Under the pieces are notes generated by a model. The model saw only the letters and a list, made by a program, of their open reading frames with translations, was not told where the DNA came from and did not search any database. DNA of 64,000 nucleotides from Pseudogymnoascus verrucosus (lineage: Eukaryota). Where the stretch lies: NCBI GenBank assembly GCA_001662655.1, contig KV460243.1. One strand, written 5' to 3'. Made by a program: the position numbers and the translations under genes. Below, in pieces: positions 24,796-38,667 of this stretch. Position 1 is the first letter of the stretch. Every line of letters starts with the position of its first letter.

Positions 24796-25243
24796 AAGTA
24801 CGCGTTCCTTGAATGTTAGCTCAAGCCACAGTGCGGCACAAAACCTATTCTCATTAGCCCAAAGACCAGATCGAGAGTAGTCAGTTCTTGGATATCGATT
24901 CTAAGCAACTTTACACGAACAACTTTAGACTAGAATATTGAGGCTGTAAAAGGGCCGCAACCTCAGTCAGATCGGCGTCGATATTTGACTTGTGACATGG
25001 TTCAATAAGCCAAAGACTGTCAATCCCAGACGATGCCATGAGGCCGAGCCGAGAGCCGGAGTCAACTATGAGAGATTAACCCTCAGCTTACTACTTTAAG
25101 ACAGCGCCGCCAGCGGCATACGTTGAGAGACGGGCCAGCTTCCCTCGGTCAAATCCTCGTATTCGCAACTCGCCTCTTTAAATCCTCGCATCCGAACTCG
25201 CGTTGCCTTTAAAAAAGGATGAAGGATATTTAATGAAGCCATT

Positions 25244-25635
25244 GCAAGAATATTCTCGAGCAAGCCACGATAACCTCAACACCGCCAGAAGTATGGAATA
25301 GCGGACCTGTGAGGGAATATTTATTTACAACAGAAAGCTTTTCATATCAGTCCCTAAGATTTTCTTGATAATTTCCCTCTGGCGAGAATATTCATCGAAC
25401 AGAAGTTATGGCAATGTTAACGTTCCCGAAGCATGGAGTAAGAGGCCGCTGAGTGGATATTTCTTTACAACAGATTTTTTTCGAATCAACTGTTGAGACT
25501 TTCTTAAAAGTTACTCAAGGGCAAGAATATTCAGACGGGAAGCCGCAGCTACGTCGACAGCATCTACAATATGAATAGCGGACCTTTGAGAGAATATTTA
25601 TTTACAACAAAAAAAAATCGTATTAGCTGCTGACT
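25244..25635. repeat. Degenerate tandem array, about 3 units of 138-139 bp with a ~69-bp sub-period
   Basis: Units start GCRAGAATATTC at 25244, 25382 and 25521. Units 1 and 3 share GAATAGCGGACCT.TGAG.GAATATTTATTTACAACA; unit 2 is a diverged version. Confidence 0.85.
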
Positions 25636-26687
25636 GTTTATTGGCAGCTGCCTCGTTGCACTATATTCTATGTATGCATTACTGAATGTGGACAGAACGA
25701 AGGCCAAGCGTTAGAGCCGTTCATTTCGTGATATTATAGCCGCCAGCTTCGGCCCGATGCAAACGGCAATGCTGAACATTCAAGGAACCACGACAACTTG
25801 GTAGCCTTGTCACGTTATTGTCTATAATTTGTCTTGGCATTTATCCACGTGTTCTCTGCTTCATAATGTGTGTTCTATGCTCGCTCTATGATTCCTTTGG
25901 TGTTGGAATCACCGGGCCGGACGGGTATTTCCCAGACTGCCCAAAGAAGAGGATCGGCAGAAGGTTTTTCCATTATTATCGTGTACTAAAACTAATTATG
26001 GGGCAATCACTTAAATGCGGGGGTGGCGTGTCTTGGCAGCTAAAGCGTCAACTGCCGGACATCTCCCATCTTCAGTTGCGACTCGCTGCGCTTAAATAGG
26101 CTGAGGCGCTTTAGAAGTTCCATGCATATATTATACTGTATTTGAAGACAACGATCTCCTCCAAGAATTACGGCGTCTATGGATGAAGCATTGGCGACCT
26201 CTCAGAAGAGAGAATCCAACAAAGCTGCCCCGCTATACTATATTATACCCCGCTAAGATAAGCGGCCCGGCAGGGACCGGCAATGAATATGAAACTACGC
26301 CTCCGCCCAATACGTGAATTACTACGCAATGCTAGATCTCTCTCAATCTTCTTTTGCTCATCATTGCTTAATTAGTATTATGGCTCACAGTCCTCCCATG
26401 ATATCCTCAGATTGCGGCTCTAGGGCCGCCAAACCGTGGGGATATCCACTGGCTATCGCTGGCAGATTCCTGTTCCTAGCCCCTTGTGACCTTGGATTTG
26501 TTCCAAATCCTAACAAGGTTCATGCTTCCATGCATGCTTCCATACATTGTTAAATAAAATAAGTCGGATTATCCAGACGGAGAGCTCGTCCTCCGGCCAA
26601 GTATAAGAACCTTATCCTCTTCCTCCTGTGGAAGCCTTCTTCGTCCTTGCCAGCCAACCCATCACCTTCTCTAGATACACCGCAGAC

Positions 26688-27928
26688 ATGATTCGCACAC
26701 TCCCCTTCGCTGCTGCCCTCGTCGGCCTTGTTGCCGCCCAAAACCCGGGAACCAACCCTGAAGTCCACCCCAAGCTCGAGACCTGGAAGTGCACAGTGGC
26801 CGGTGGTTGCGTGTCTGCCAACACCGCTGTTGTCATCGACTCCGGGGCCCACTCAATCCATCTGCCAGATAGCACCGCTGCGTGCAGCGGTACAAACTGT
26901 GTCATTGAGGGCATCGATGACTACGCAAGCCATGGTGTCACTACCGAGGGCGGCGCCCTCAACTTGTTGCAGTTACTTAACGGGCAGTCAGTTAGCCCTC
27001 GCGTCTACCTCTTGGAGGAGACCGAGACGAACTACGAGATGCTTCAGTTGACTGGCCAGGAGCTCTCCTTTGATGTTGATGTGTCAAAGCTGCCTTGCGG
27101 CATGAACGGTGCTCTCTACCTCTCTGAGATGGGAGCCAATGGCGGCCAGAGTGAGGCCAACCCCGCCGGAGCCCCATACGGCACCGGCTACTGCGACGCT
27201 CAATGCTACACCCAAACTTTCATTGACGGCGAGGTAAGCGCCCCAACCTGATAGTCTGAAATATACCCACTAACACCCTGCAGGCCAACCCCGAGGGACA
27301 CGGCTCATGCTGCAATGAAATGGACATCTGGGAAGCCAACAACGCAGCTACCGCCTACGCCCCCCACCCCTGCAGCGTCGATGGTGTCTACGCCTGCACG
27401 GGTGCGGAATGCGAGTCCGCCGGCGTCTGTGACAAGAACGGCTGCGGCTACAACAACTACGCCCTCGGCAACAGCACCTTCTACGGCCCCGGTCTGATCG
27501 TCGACACCTCCCGCCCCTTCACCGTCGTCACGCAGTTCCCAGCGACTAACGGCATTCTCACTGAGATCCGCCGTTTGTATGTCCAGGATGGGAAGGTCAT
27601 CCAGAACGCACCGATTAATATTGAGGGTCCGGCACCCGGAGACAGCATGACTGACGAGTTCTGCGTTGCTACCGACGCGACGGCATTTAACCGCCTCAAT
27701 GGTCTCGAGGGTATGGGCGGCGCGCTGTCGAGGGGTATGGTTCTCATTTTCAGCGTGTGGTGGGATACTAGCGGATTCATGAACTGGCTGGATAGCGGCA
27801 ATGCAGGGCCATGCAGCGCCACCGAGGGTAACCCAACGGAGATCGTTAAGGTGGAGCCAAACCCAGCTGTGACCTTCAGCAATGTCAAGTGGGGTGAGAT
27901 CGGATCTACGTTCTCTGAGGGTAACTAA
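26688..27928 (+). CDS. GH7 endoglucanase (Cel7B/EG I type), no CBM1
   Basis: Signal peptide, EVHPKL, SPRVYLL, LPCGMNGALY, GTGYCDAQC, and catalytic EMDIWEAN. Short loops typical of endoglucanases. Intron 27234-27283. Confidence 0.95.
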
Positions 27929-28122
27929 GAGATTGGTATGGAGAGTAGATGGGAAGTGGGGCTTGTACATAGAAAAGAATTTGTTCCCCAAATATTTGCG
28001 AGATGTTGCCATTGGTTTTGAGAGCCTATATGTAAGTGGAACTATCCCCTATATATTGTGACACCTAAATCCCAGCCTTTACTCAATCGATAATGCACCG
28101 CTTTAATGACAACCAAATCCTC

Positions 28123-29241
28123 TTAAGCAGACTCTGACTTGAGAGCCTTAATCTCAATATCCACGATCTCCTCCAAACTCTCCTTCAGCGATGGAGCCAC
28201 AGGACTCCATCCCAGGGCCCGTAGCCTCTGCGCCCTACTCCGAGCGTTCCCGCCCCATAATATAGGCGCCCATGGATGCACCGCCGCTGCGTCTTGAACC
28301 GTTAACTGCTCTACCTCGGCCTCTACCTTGATCCCGCGCTCAGCGACCACGGCCGCAATATCGCGTCCGACCTGGGCCCATGAGTGCTCCCCAGCTTCGA
28401 CAAAGTAGTAGCCTTCAGCACCCCAGGTTGCTGCCCCTCCAGCTGGCTTCAATGCTTCTTCGACGAGGAGGCCAAAGGCAGCGGAGAGATCGGAGATGTG
28501 AATGTCTGGGCTAAGTGTTAGTTCGTACTTTTTAGGTTTGGGGCGGGAAGGCTTACGGTCCCAGATGTTGTTACCAGCGCCGACAGCAAAAGGGCGGCCA
28601 CGCCTAAGGGTTTGTTCAGCCAGGACAGGAACTTGAACGCTACGGTTGTTGATGGGCCCCTTTCCAATACCGTAGATAACGCAGGGCGCCACAATAGCCG
28701 TGGAGATGCCAAGCGTCTCACCCGATGCGATTACAGCGGCGTCGGTGTCGCGGTGGATATGTGTGCTGTCAAATGATGTGATCTCGAGGATGTCGGCAAC
28801 GTCATGGTAGATCTTGGATGATGGGTTCCCAAACCCATTGGTGACATCATGGAGAATCCCGGTGCCGGAGATATGGATATAGCGACCTTTCTTTCCATGA
28901 GATAGACCCTCAATGAGCGCCTTGGCTGCCGGGGTATGGTCTGAAGATGCCAATTCTGAATATATGTAAGTTTTTGTGTCGTGAAAGACTGTAAGCCAGA
29001 GGATTCATGACATACGCAGAACTACGTCTGCCCTCTTGCCTTGCTCGACTAGAAGATCAAGGTTATCTAGGTCTCCAAGGATGGTCTCGACAGTCGGCCA
29101 AGTTGCCTTTATTATCTCGGCTTGCTTTTCGGTGCGGACGAGAGTAATAATTTGATATTCAGAGTGCTTCTTAATTAAGTCGGTGACAATGTGACCGCCA
29201 ATGTAGCCCGAAACGCCTGTGACGAAAATGGTTGGAGACAT
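28123..29241 (-). CDS. NAD(P)-binding epimerase/dehydratase-like atypical SDR
   Basis: IFVTGVSGYIG Rossmann motif, IHISGTG, IYGIGKG, HISDL and ALGWSP; two introns. Confidence 0.88.
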
Positions 29242-30099
29242 TATGATATGGTTGTAACAATCGAGTCTTGATGTGATAAGTGCTGGGATTTGTATTCTCA
29301 AATCTCTGAGTGAGTTGGAATTTCAAAGAATAAAAAGAGAATATCAAATCGCCTTATATAGTTGAAGGGGTTCAAGCATATTCTCATTAAAAGACGATTC
29401 GTAAAAAGTCGTATGGACAGATGCTTTGTAATCACCGCGAAGAGTCCCAATGCATTTGACGTATTGAAATTCCCTTGGCGTTGATATTTAACAAGTATCT
29501 TGGTATAGCACATTAGCGGACGAAAGTTGGCCCGACGGTGTGAAGTTACCCCGTTTAAACTTGTCCTATGAAGAACCCAATATCTTAACTATATGACATT
29601 ATAGCTAACCCCGATAAATTGATTGGATATAAAATGGCAGATTCTGCGATTGGCTGGTTTTACCAGGCAGGCTGGTAACGATATCGAAGCGCCAATTTGC
29701 ATACTCGCCGTCGCCGAGGGTGCTAGTGCTGCCAATTCCTACTGCATGGGTCGAGTTTACTCATTTCAATACCACAGTTGCAGTTAGTCATATCACGACG
29801 GCTTCATTATACCCCGACAGATGGATGATAAGCACGGCTGTTTTTCTGACTCATAGAAGCGTTGGGGCTAGCAACAGCAAAAGCAACTGAGAGCATATCA
29901 GCGGCAATAGAGAGATGGTCAAAGAGAGATGAGAGTATTATATTCCTATGAACTTGTTTAACTATATTAACCCCAACCATGAATCTCCCTCCCAAAAATA
30001 AACGCTCCCTAAAATATAACAAAAGAGTGAGAGTATTAGATTGATAGCATCCTCAAAGAACCACATGTCCCAATTTTCTTCGTTCTTCCCCCCTTGTTC

Positions 30100-32027
30100 T
30101 TAGACCGAGCTATTAAACCTCACCACCATCCCTCCATTAGCCGTTCCCTGCATGTCCCCTGATTCCCCCATATCGCCCTCCCTATCAGGATACCTCGAGC
30201 CAAAAATCTCATCCATGCCCTTCGCCGTTAAGCCCTTTGTCTCCGGCAAAAACTTAGCCACTAGCGCCGCAGCTAGCAACGTACAAGCAGCAAAGAGGAA
30301 GAAGAAAACATTGCCTGAGTTATACGTTCCAGAACTCAGCAACACAGGCGTTAGCCGAGCGACAGCGTATTGCATAATCCATTGCACGGCTGTTGTTATC
30401 GACATAGATAGTTCTTTCAGTCGCGGCTGGTAGATCTCGCTGCTGTACACCCATGGTACGCCGTTCCAGGCGAGGGAGAAGGAAACCTGCGGTTGAGCGT
30501 TTGCATTTAGTAAGTTGGTAGATGGATGACAGAAAAGAAGGGAAGGAGACGGTAAAGATGACATACTGCGTAGAAGTACACGGCTGCCATAGCGAAATAG
30601 CCTGCTATAGACCCAGGTGCGGGTGATCCATGCGTAATGGTTAAGAAGGATCCAATGTAAACGAAGGCCAGCACAATTCCAGTGCTGGAAATAAGGAGAA
30701 GAAACTTTCTTCCGAATCTGTCGATGAAGAAGAAAAGGCCCACAAAGGTGCCTGTCGTCTTAGCAATGGCAAAGAAGCCGGAAAGTAAGAGCAGAAAGTT
30801 CACGGAGGTGAATCCTATCAGTCGAAAGATAGAGGGGGAGTAGAAATTTACACCGTTGATCCCAGAGGTGTTGGCGCCCACCATTAGCAGACATCCAATG
30901 ATGAGGCGGTTGATATTTCCGCGCCAGAGAAGCTCGCGGAAGAGGTGAAGAGGGAGGATGGTGTTTATCGAGCGAAATTTTCCGCCAGAAGGTTGCTGAG
31001 GAAGAGAGGATGCAACGAGTTCAATCTCTTCCGTGATGTATCGATGTTCGGCTGGCAGACCCCGAATAGAACTCAGGATTATTCTCGCTTTACCAATTTT
31101 CCCTCGTTGAATTAGAAATAATGGGGATTCTGGTAGTATGAAAATCACAGCGAGTATCAGTAAGCCAGCGGGGATGACTTGCATCGCAATCGGGATCTGC
31201 CACTGGCGATCCGTTCCGGGGTCAACTCCTACGCCGACGAAGTAGTTCGCAAAGAACCCACAGAGAGACGAGAGCTGGTTGTTGATCTCATATAATCCAA
31301 CAAGCGAGCCGCGGATTGCGGGAGGTGAGAGTTCGGAGATGTACATGGGCACGACGACCGTAATGCAGCCAAGCCCAATTCCACCTATAAAGCGGCCTGC
31401 GTACATGTAAGGAAGGCGGCCGGAGGCAAAAACTTGCAGGAGACAGCCAAAGGCGAAGAGACCCGATCCAATAGCCAGAGAGGGGAGGCGGCCAGAAAGG
31501 CGGACGAGGGGAAATATTAGCAGCGAGCCGACAAGGGCGCCGAGTTGGAGAAGGGAGACGATTGTGGATGTTATGGTTGCGTATTCGGGGGTTGAGGGAG
31601 CTGGCAGAGAAAATGCGGCGTGGAAGGAGGGGAGAATGATCGTGCCGCCTATCACCCCATTGTTGTAGCCAAACATCCAGGAGCCTATTGAACTGTGAGA
31701 CTTTGTGGGGTAAAGAGGGATTGGGGTCTAGGGCAGAGAAGTAGAGGGATGAATAGATGGCCACTTGGCTAATTCAGTAAACATTAATGAGAGTGGCTCT
31801 CGTGGTTAATCCATGTCTTGTGTATTGATTCCTTGGGATAAGTAGAGAAAGGTTTCGCCAAGTATATCATTGTATGGATGCTTCTGGTAGTAAGAATTGA
31901 AACGTCTTGTAAAACAAAATAGCACGAGGAACACACCCATTGTAGCACATAGCGCGAGTATATAAATGCGTAGATTATACACCTCCTTCGGCGTAGGCCG
32001 ATCCTCCTCTGCTCGTCCAAAACCCAT
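30100..32027 (-). CDS. MFS sugar-porter family, quinate permease (QutD/Qa-Y)-like
   Basis: EDRPTPKEVYNLRIY N-terminus typical of quinate permeases; FGYNNG, YISELSPPAIRG, PESP, GINGVNFYSP, DRFGRK and PETKG motifs. Confidence 0.88.
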
Positions 32028-32393
32028 GATTTCAATATGCAAAATGGACGTATAATCTTGCACGACTCTTCTTTTTGAGGATCTAGTCTTTTTCTTCTAT
32101 GAAACTCAACAAATTTACAAGATGCGTCTGACTCGAAACACAGCTAAAAGGAGATTGATTCACAATTGTTTCCATTGGAAAGCCTAGCAGGATCATAGCA
32201 ACAACGATAATATCAATGAATGAGACAAAAACAATAATAGTAATAGACAACAACAGCAGATCCAGGCCTTTCTATACATGCCAATTATCAGAAAGGTTCA
32301 TGTCAAAGCATCCGGTATCGTCGTGAAATGCCCCACAGATTTCGCTGTTCCGCCGTTTCTGTCTCCGTATACGGACGCGATGTGGGCACCATC

Positions 32394-32410
32394 CGGACTT
32401 ATGTGCTCCG
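32394..32410. promoter_or_regulatory. CGG-N11-CCG site upstream of the quinate-type permease
   Basis: CGGACTTATGTGCTCCG, about 370 bp upstream of the ATG at 32027. Confidence 0.4.
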
Positions 32411-32739
32411 GGGTGTATCATACAATCCTCCCACTCCACCACCCTCTCCAGCCAAATTTCAAGCTTTCATCTTCAACACCATCTAAAATCAAGGCAAAAG
32501 AATCGTATACCCTGTCTTTTGCCCTGTAAACAACCATGTATCTCGATCTTTACAGAACTTTTCTTATATATTCTGTAATAGCGCATCTTATGTCTTATGA
32601 CTGTTAGCCACTAAATACGCTATAACATACGCTACAAGCACTAACTGGGCCGCTATCCGTTATCTCGTCCATAAACCAGACTATACGGTAACACTTTGAC
32701 CGCCACAGGTGCTCTGCGTGCGGTCCTGTGCTAATTAGG

Positions 32740-34260
32740 CAGGAGTTGCAAAGAGCCTAGACAGAGTTGCTTGGCAGGAAGTTGGATTGACTGTGTTCAT
32801 CCTCATTTTCCATGTCGAAATAGTACTTCGGGGTAAGGTTAGAGACGGCCGGATAATTATTGAGCCCCGTGTGTGCAGTGGGATCAGGATGATGGTGGGG
32901 GCTGCACTTCCCCACGCCAATCGCATCACGCATCTAATGAAGCATCTGCCATGGTGCTTCATAGGTCGGAATTGTTGGTTATAATGATGGCTCTTCGCTG
33001 TTCGTATCGCCTTGCCCTATAAATATCTCGAATACCTCACTGATGATATATCGAAGAAGCTGCGTGTCGCTATTCTGTGGGTTTCCCTTTAGATAGGTGA
33101 GAATGAGCATGCATTGTTGGAGGGGCTGCAATTTTCCTGGGAATAGCCAGTGGTATGGGGAAAAGGCCAGTAATCGTGCGAGGTGTAGATAATTTCTCAA
33201 GATCTGGCAGCAAAGAGACATTTCGCTGTACACTTTGTTAATAGAGGGCTGGGAGGTATTTATAGGGATTCGCAGATTAAAATTGTACTTGCTCCAGATC
33301 ACCGAAGTCTGGTGATTGGAGGTTTGGGTTAGAAACTGCCGATTGAAGAATATTAACACGTGGTACTTCTCAAGCCGAGACTGATATCATGGAATGCCTG
33401 CGGTATTTTGGTGGTATATAACTCCTCGTTGCTACTGTGCGACAAGCACTTCCTGAAGTAAGCGTGGCTAGCACTTCAAGGTATATAATATGTATGATAC
33501 CAAACTCGTCGTGCAATCTCACCCTCCACTTCACCATAGGCCATGGTTATCACCTCTTCGCTGTGTAATTCAAGGGATTTTGCTGCTTGCACGCCTCCGA
33601 GATAAAATCCGGCGCCATGAGAATCTCGTCCACCTCTGAATCGCACTCACGAGCCAAAATGGAAGCTATGGGGCTATTTAAAGTTGGAAGCTTGGTAAAC
33701 TTGCATAATGAGAGAGATTGGCCCAGTTTTGTCCGTAGGCGTAAGAGCAAGGCCGGAGTGTGGCGCACATGGATCGAGGCCCTCGCTAACAAAGATGATG
33801 AAGCAGCTACAGCTCCGCAGAAAAGCACCGACCAAAGCAAACACAGGAAGGAAGCATCTTCCAATTGTTATTCGGCCAAGTTTAAAGCTCATCGTCATTG
33901 TATCGAACCCAAAACGAGTCGTACTCTGCTTGCAGGGTAGGACCGTGGACCAAAGGCAGCAGTGGACGAACGCCGAGCAGGAAAGATTGGATTAAAACAT
34001 CGCATAGCTTTTTGGAAGGCAGGCTTTGTATACCCCCAGGTTCTCTCTGGGAGTTTAGTTATTCTTTGTAGCCTCCAATTGGAGGTGTAGACTCTGACAA
34101 TTCCGTAGCACATCAAGCCAGTGGCATCACTGACCGAAAATTCAATGGGCGAATCTTCGAGACGAGTATTAAACTCAGCCTTATCTGATGAGAACCTAGC
34201 TGGTCGAACTCCTATCGATGCGCGCATTCCCAGGCACAAAGTTAGGAGTGTTAGAAACAT
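32740..34260 (-). pseudogene. Decayed fungal-specific transcription factor
   Basis: Fragments FLCLLWSVLFCGAV, RRVWYH/IIYLEV (joined by a frameshift near 33490) and YHWLFPGKLQPLQ. In-frame TAA/TAG near 32945-32981. No intact Zn cluster seen. Confidence 0.65.
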
Positions 34261-34926
34261 AAATGTAGAGGAACAGGCAACATTGCTGCTGTTTCAACCA
34301 ACTTATCGTTGTGGTGGGGGCTAGAATCCTGGTATTTGTTGCAAAACAGCAGTTGCGTCCGTAGATATATACTGGGATAGACCTTCTAGCTAGCCCTTGC
34401 CTTTACTTCGGTCGCATTGTTTTGTTGATGATAATAAGGAAAGTTTAGTTAATGTTCTTGCAAAACTAGAGTAGCAGGACAGGGGATCAGAGAACCCATC
34501 CTATTTGAGTCGAAGCTGTGGGTCGTTCCCCAGATTGATCAGCACCCGGCCGAGACACACGGACGCTAAATTTAGCGCCTTTTTTCTCGCCCCGGGGGTA
34601 GAATCACCCCACTTTGATCGCGCTTTAGCTTGCCCTGGGACACGATACATACGACTTGATTGCAATAACTGTGCATATGCGACGACCCGCGATCTCTAGT
34701 TCAAGCATATATGATAATTCCATAATAACTACCCACTTCTTTCCCTTATTTTCCGACTGGCTTGCTTGTTAACGGGTGGGCTCACGGATTCATGTCACCT
34801 ATTCCCCAGCCGTCGAGTCTTCCAATGGGGTTACATATCTCATTGTCCAGTCATGCTCCAGCTATCAAATCCATCAGCAGGGATACAAATCCCATATACC
34901 CCATTTACTTACTTCCGCCGCTCCAT

Positions 34927-35680
34927 TATGACCAACTTAGTAGATCAACCCCCCTCTGCGCCCTATATCTTCACCCAGTTCTCTCTCCCAGTGTATATAT
35001 TTCCGCTTGTTAATCAAAAGCCATCATATTCAAAGATGGGTCAACCTCAGATCCCTCCTACATTGAAAGCCTCCACCACCATCATCGCCGTTCGCTCCTA
35101 GACTAAGGGCCAAGAGGCTATAGCCGCTCTCAGGGCCAACCCCGAGGTCAAGGAAGACAACCCCGATGCCACGATCCGAGCCTTTGAGCTTGATCTCGAC
35201 GACTATGAGTCAGGATTGGCGTTTGCCCGAAAAGTAAAGGCCGAGGTCAAGGAGCTGGACGTCCTCCTGTGCAATGGGACGTTGCTAATATCCATCGGCA
35301 GTAAATTGCTACACTCACTTCCTCATAGTCCTTGAGCTCCTGCCACTTCTTCAAGCTACTGCCGCTATTCGAGGTGCTCCATCGCGCCTCACGATCGTCG
35401 GTTCTATCAGCCAGACCATGCACACATTGACGAAGAACGCCGTTATCGACTCGGAGACGGTGTTTGACCACTTTGATAATCAGATGACCTACAGCGGCCT
35501 CACGCGCTATTGTGATAGTAAATTAGTCGTCGATACCTTCGTCCGTACCTTGTCTAGCCATGTCTCATCTTCCGAGGTCATTATCAACAATCCTTGCCCT
35601 GGGTCCGTCTCTACTGGTTTTGACAAGCACCTGCCTGCCTGGCTGAAGCCGCTCATATTTGTGTACCGGATGACATCTTT
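34927..35680 (+). pseudogene. Short-chain dehydrogenase/reductase pseudogene
   Basis: IIIAVRS*TKG (TAG at 35099), ELDLDDYES, LDVLLCNG, catalytic YCDSK and NPCPG. The TGxxxGxG motif is deleted, and the 3' end is replaced by AT-rich DNA. Confidence 0.8.
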
Positions 35681-36207
35681 AGGAAAGTTTAATTCAATCA
35701 GACTATATTATCCAAGCTTATAATTAATTTCTATGCTGGGGAATATAAAAATTACAATTCATATAAAAACGCTAGCCCCGCTTATCCTCATTATAACGGA
35801 ACCTAATTAACAATTGCCTATTTCTATCATTAACGTCGTTAACCTAATTGTATTATTCCCGACGGTTGCCCATTTAATTCAATAATCTTGCTCGTCGTAA
35901 GTAAGCTACAATCGAAAAAGGTATCGTGATTGTCGATAAATTTCGTCTTGGAAGTTTGTCGGGCAACATCACCCCATTGGGTTAGTTTATGAAGGCCTAG
36001 ACCAGTCGATCAAGAGTGCGCCTAGTTTGTAGTGTTCACCTCCACAACCCCTCCGTGTTCCCGCCTCCAACGTCAGATAGTTGCGGTGAGTCGTCGATAT
36101 CCTCACGACTCTATCGCTTCCAAGTCAAATGTACTGCTTGTCTAAGGCAGAAGATTGAACGCGGTTGAAACGCGCTTAATCGAGTTGAGCAGGCCAACGT
36201 TGCCACC

Positions 36208-38442
36208 ATGAATCAATATGCTGTACCCAAAAGCTTCTCCAGTACGTTAGATGGAAATCGCTAAGTGTTTTCATAGTGCGAAGAGTGTCGGAGCAAAAAA
36301 TATCGATGCTCCAAAAATAGACCTTCTTGCTCTTACTGTGCGAGACATAATAAGTTATGTGTCTATTCGAGCAAGGTGATTAGAAGCCCCTTAACACGCG
36401 AGTAGGTGGTCTTCATGTCAGTTCTCGTCCATCGTGACATGGTGATTAACTCCAACAGATACGTGACATCGCTGGAGAATCGAGTGCAACAACTTGAAGC
36501 CCTGCTCGCAAGGCTCCTTCCCGATGGCGATGTGGAATCCGCCCTTTCCCAAGTCCCATCCCCATCCTCTCCAGACTTCAACACGTGGGTCACAGTTGAA
36601 CCCCGGCGGCCTAAAGTGGAAACCACAGATTCGCTACCAGATGAGAAAGAGATACCTTCCGAAGGACCTCCAGATGATCTTCCTATTTTATCTAATGGTT
36701 TCGAATGGTCCGAGCAAGATGACGATCCTACTAACTACATTGCAGATGGTATGGCAGCCCTATCTGTGGATCCACAGGGCGCTGGATATCTAGGTTGGTT
36801 CTCTCAACTCTTTAAGGGTTTGGTTAACTGATATTTAATAGGTTCCGCGGCTAACGTATCGTTACTTCGCTCTTTGCAAAGAAGTGGCTGGTGCGTAGTG
36901 TCTTCACGGGCAAGCTTAAGTGAGCTCTCTGGGAATCCAAGTTCCCTCTTGAATACATGGAGCATTCTACTACAGCCATCGAACCATCGCCAATTAAGGG
37001 CAACGCTCATTGACGCATACTTCTACCATTATCACCCTGCGTATCCTATTGTCCACGAAGCGACGTTTCGCGCTCAGTACAACGAAATACTGCCAAAACC
37101 CAGCTGTAGTAGTTGGGAATTACTACACAACACCATTCTCTGCATAGGAGCCTGGTGCCTAGGACATGATGTATCAGGGATTAAAGATCTTTTCGGGCTG
37201 GGTTCTCAAGGATTTAAGTTTGCGGCCAGCTTCTCATCAGGGAACCTCATTATGGTGCAAGCTTTAATGCTGTGGAGCAACTATAATCAGCGTCAAAATA
37301 AGCCAAACACAAGCTGGAACTATCAGGGGTTAGCAGTTAGAATGGCACTTAGTTTGGGATTACACAAGGAATTTCCAGCTTGGAATATAAGTCTTTTAGA
37401 CAGAGAAATCAGGAGAAGGGTCTGGTGGTTTTTGTATATCGTCGACAGTGGGGCATCAATGACTTTTGGCCGCCCAGTGCTACTCCCGGAGGCAGGTGGG
37501 AGCATGGACATTGAATTGTTTCTCAATGTCCACGATGATGTGAGTATATCGAGTCTGTACGATTTGAACATGTTCTAATGATTGCTAGTGTCTGACAGCG
37601 GCTACCACCGAGATTCCGGAGGATGCAAATGAACCCACGCTGTATTCAAGTCTTCTCATGCAATCAAAGTTCCACCTCATGGCCAATCCACTTTACGCAC
37701 GAAGAATCGGAAACCCAGACCTGGGAGTAGCCGAGGTCATGACCATGAACTCGAGAATCAGCTCGTGGATGTTGACCTTACCTTACTATTACCAGGAGAA
37801 CGCCAACCTGCCCAACTTGACTGAATCATTGGCGCTCTCACGCTACCGGTTCTTCTGGCGTATACGGAACTTCAGGATGCTACTACTGTGGCCGATTCTT
37901 ATCCACTACACAGAGAAGACTCACAATATCCCGAACGCGAGGGATAACGAGATAAATGAGACGGCCCGACAGTTGTGCTTGAGTTACGCCCATGACACGA
38001 TCGCATCGATCGATGAGTATCTTCTATCTAATATATCAGGAGCTTTTGGAGACTGGTACGCTCTGTAAGTATTCGTGAACTAGAAGCCAGATGTTGGACT
38101 GACTTTCTCAGGTACTACTTGATACAGTCCAGCCTCATTCCCATCATCGCTATGTTGACAGTCCCAGAATCGCCAGATGCAGTAGTATGGACAGCGGATA
38201 TAGAGACGACAAAGCGACTCCTTGGCTCTGTGGTAACACATCAAGAGCTTGCTCGCAAATTCCTAGACATAGTGAATCGCTTTTGGCCATCGATAGATGC
38301 TGTGGCACCAGGAGAATTTATGGATGGGCAGCAGAGCGAGCTTTTAAATCAGATTTATACCCAATTCACGATGGACAGTAGCGAACCTCAATTTCTGTGG
38401 CAAGGAATGTATGAGTCGGGGAATTGGGCTGCTACTCCATAA
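36208..38442 (+). CDS. Gal4/Lac9-like Zn2Cys6 transcription factor
   Basis: CEECRSKKYRCSKNRPSCSYCARHNKLCVYS, Gal4-type linker RSPLTR, dimerisation helix LENRVQQLE, DGMAALS, and middle homology region (AVRMALSLGLH, RRRVWW, FGRP). Confidence 0.9.
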
Positions 38443-38522
38443 TATAGAGTTTGCCATAATGTCATATAGTTAAGATGTAGGTCGTGACAGAGAATTACGC
38501 TGCATTGTGCTCCGGCTTGTAT

Positions 38523-38667
38523 CGGAGTGCTCGCGCCCGGATGGCCCCAGTAGGAAGGATTTAAATCTACCACACCTGACGAAGTACTGCTGGGATGGTG
38601 ACCAATTTTACGTTGTGAAAGTCGATAGAATTCCTTAGTACGTGCATGTCCGGAGTGCTGTTCTCCG
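38523..38667. promoter_or_regulatory. Two Gal4-type UAS sites (CGG-N11-CCG)
   Basis: CGGAGTGCTCGCGCCCG (38523-38539) and CGGAGTGCTGTTCTCCG (38651-38667) share a 9-bp start and lie 190-340 bp upstream of the transporter ATG. Confidence 0.75.

Noticed and set aside
26550..28012. Long antisense and alternate-frame ORFs over GH7 (likewise over PL1, PAD, Rds1 and vph1)
   Set aside because: Shadow ORFs caused by GC-rich codon bias of the real genes.
29517..29534. Gal4-type site upstream of the epimerase-like gene
   Set aside because: Spacing is N12, not N11.
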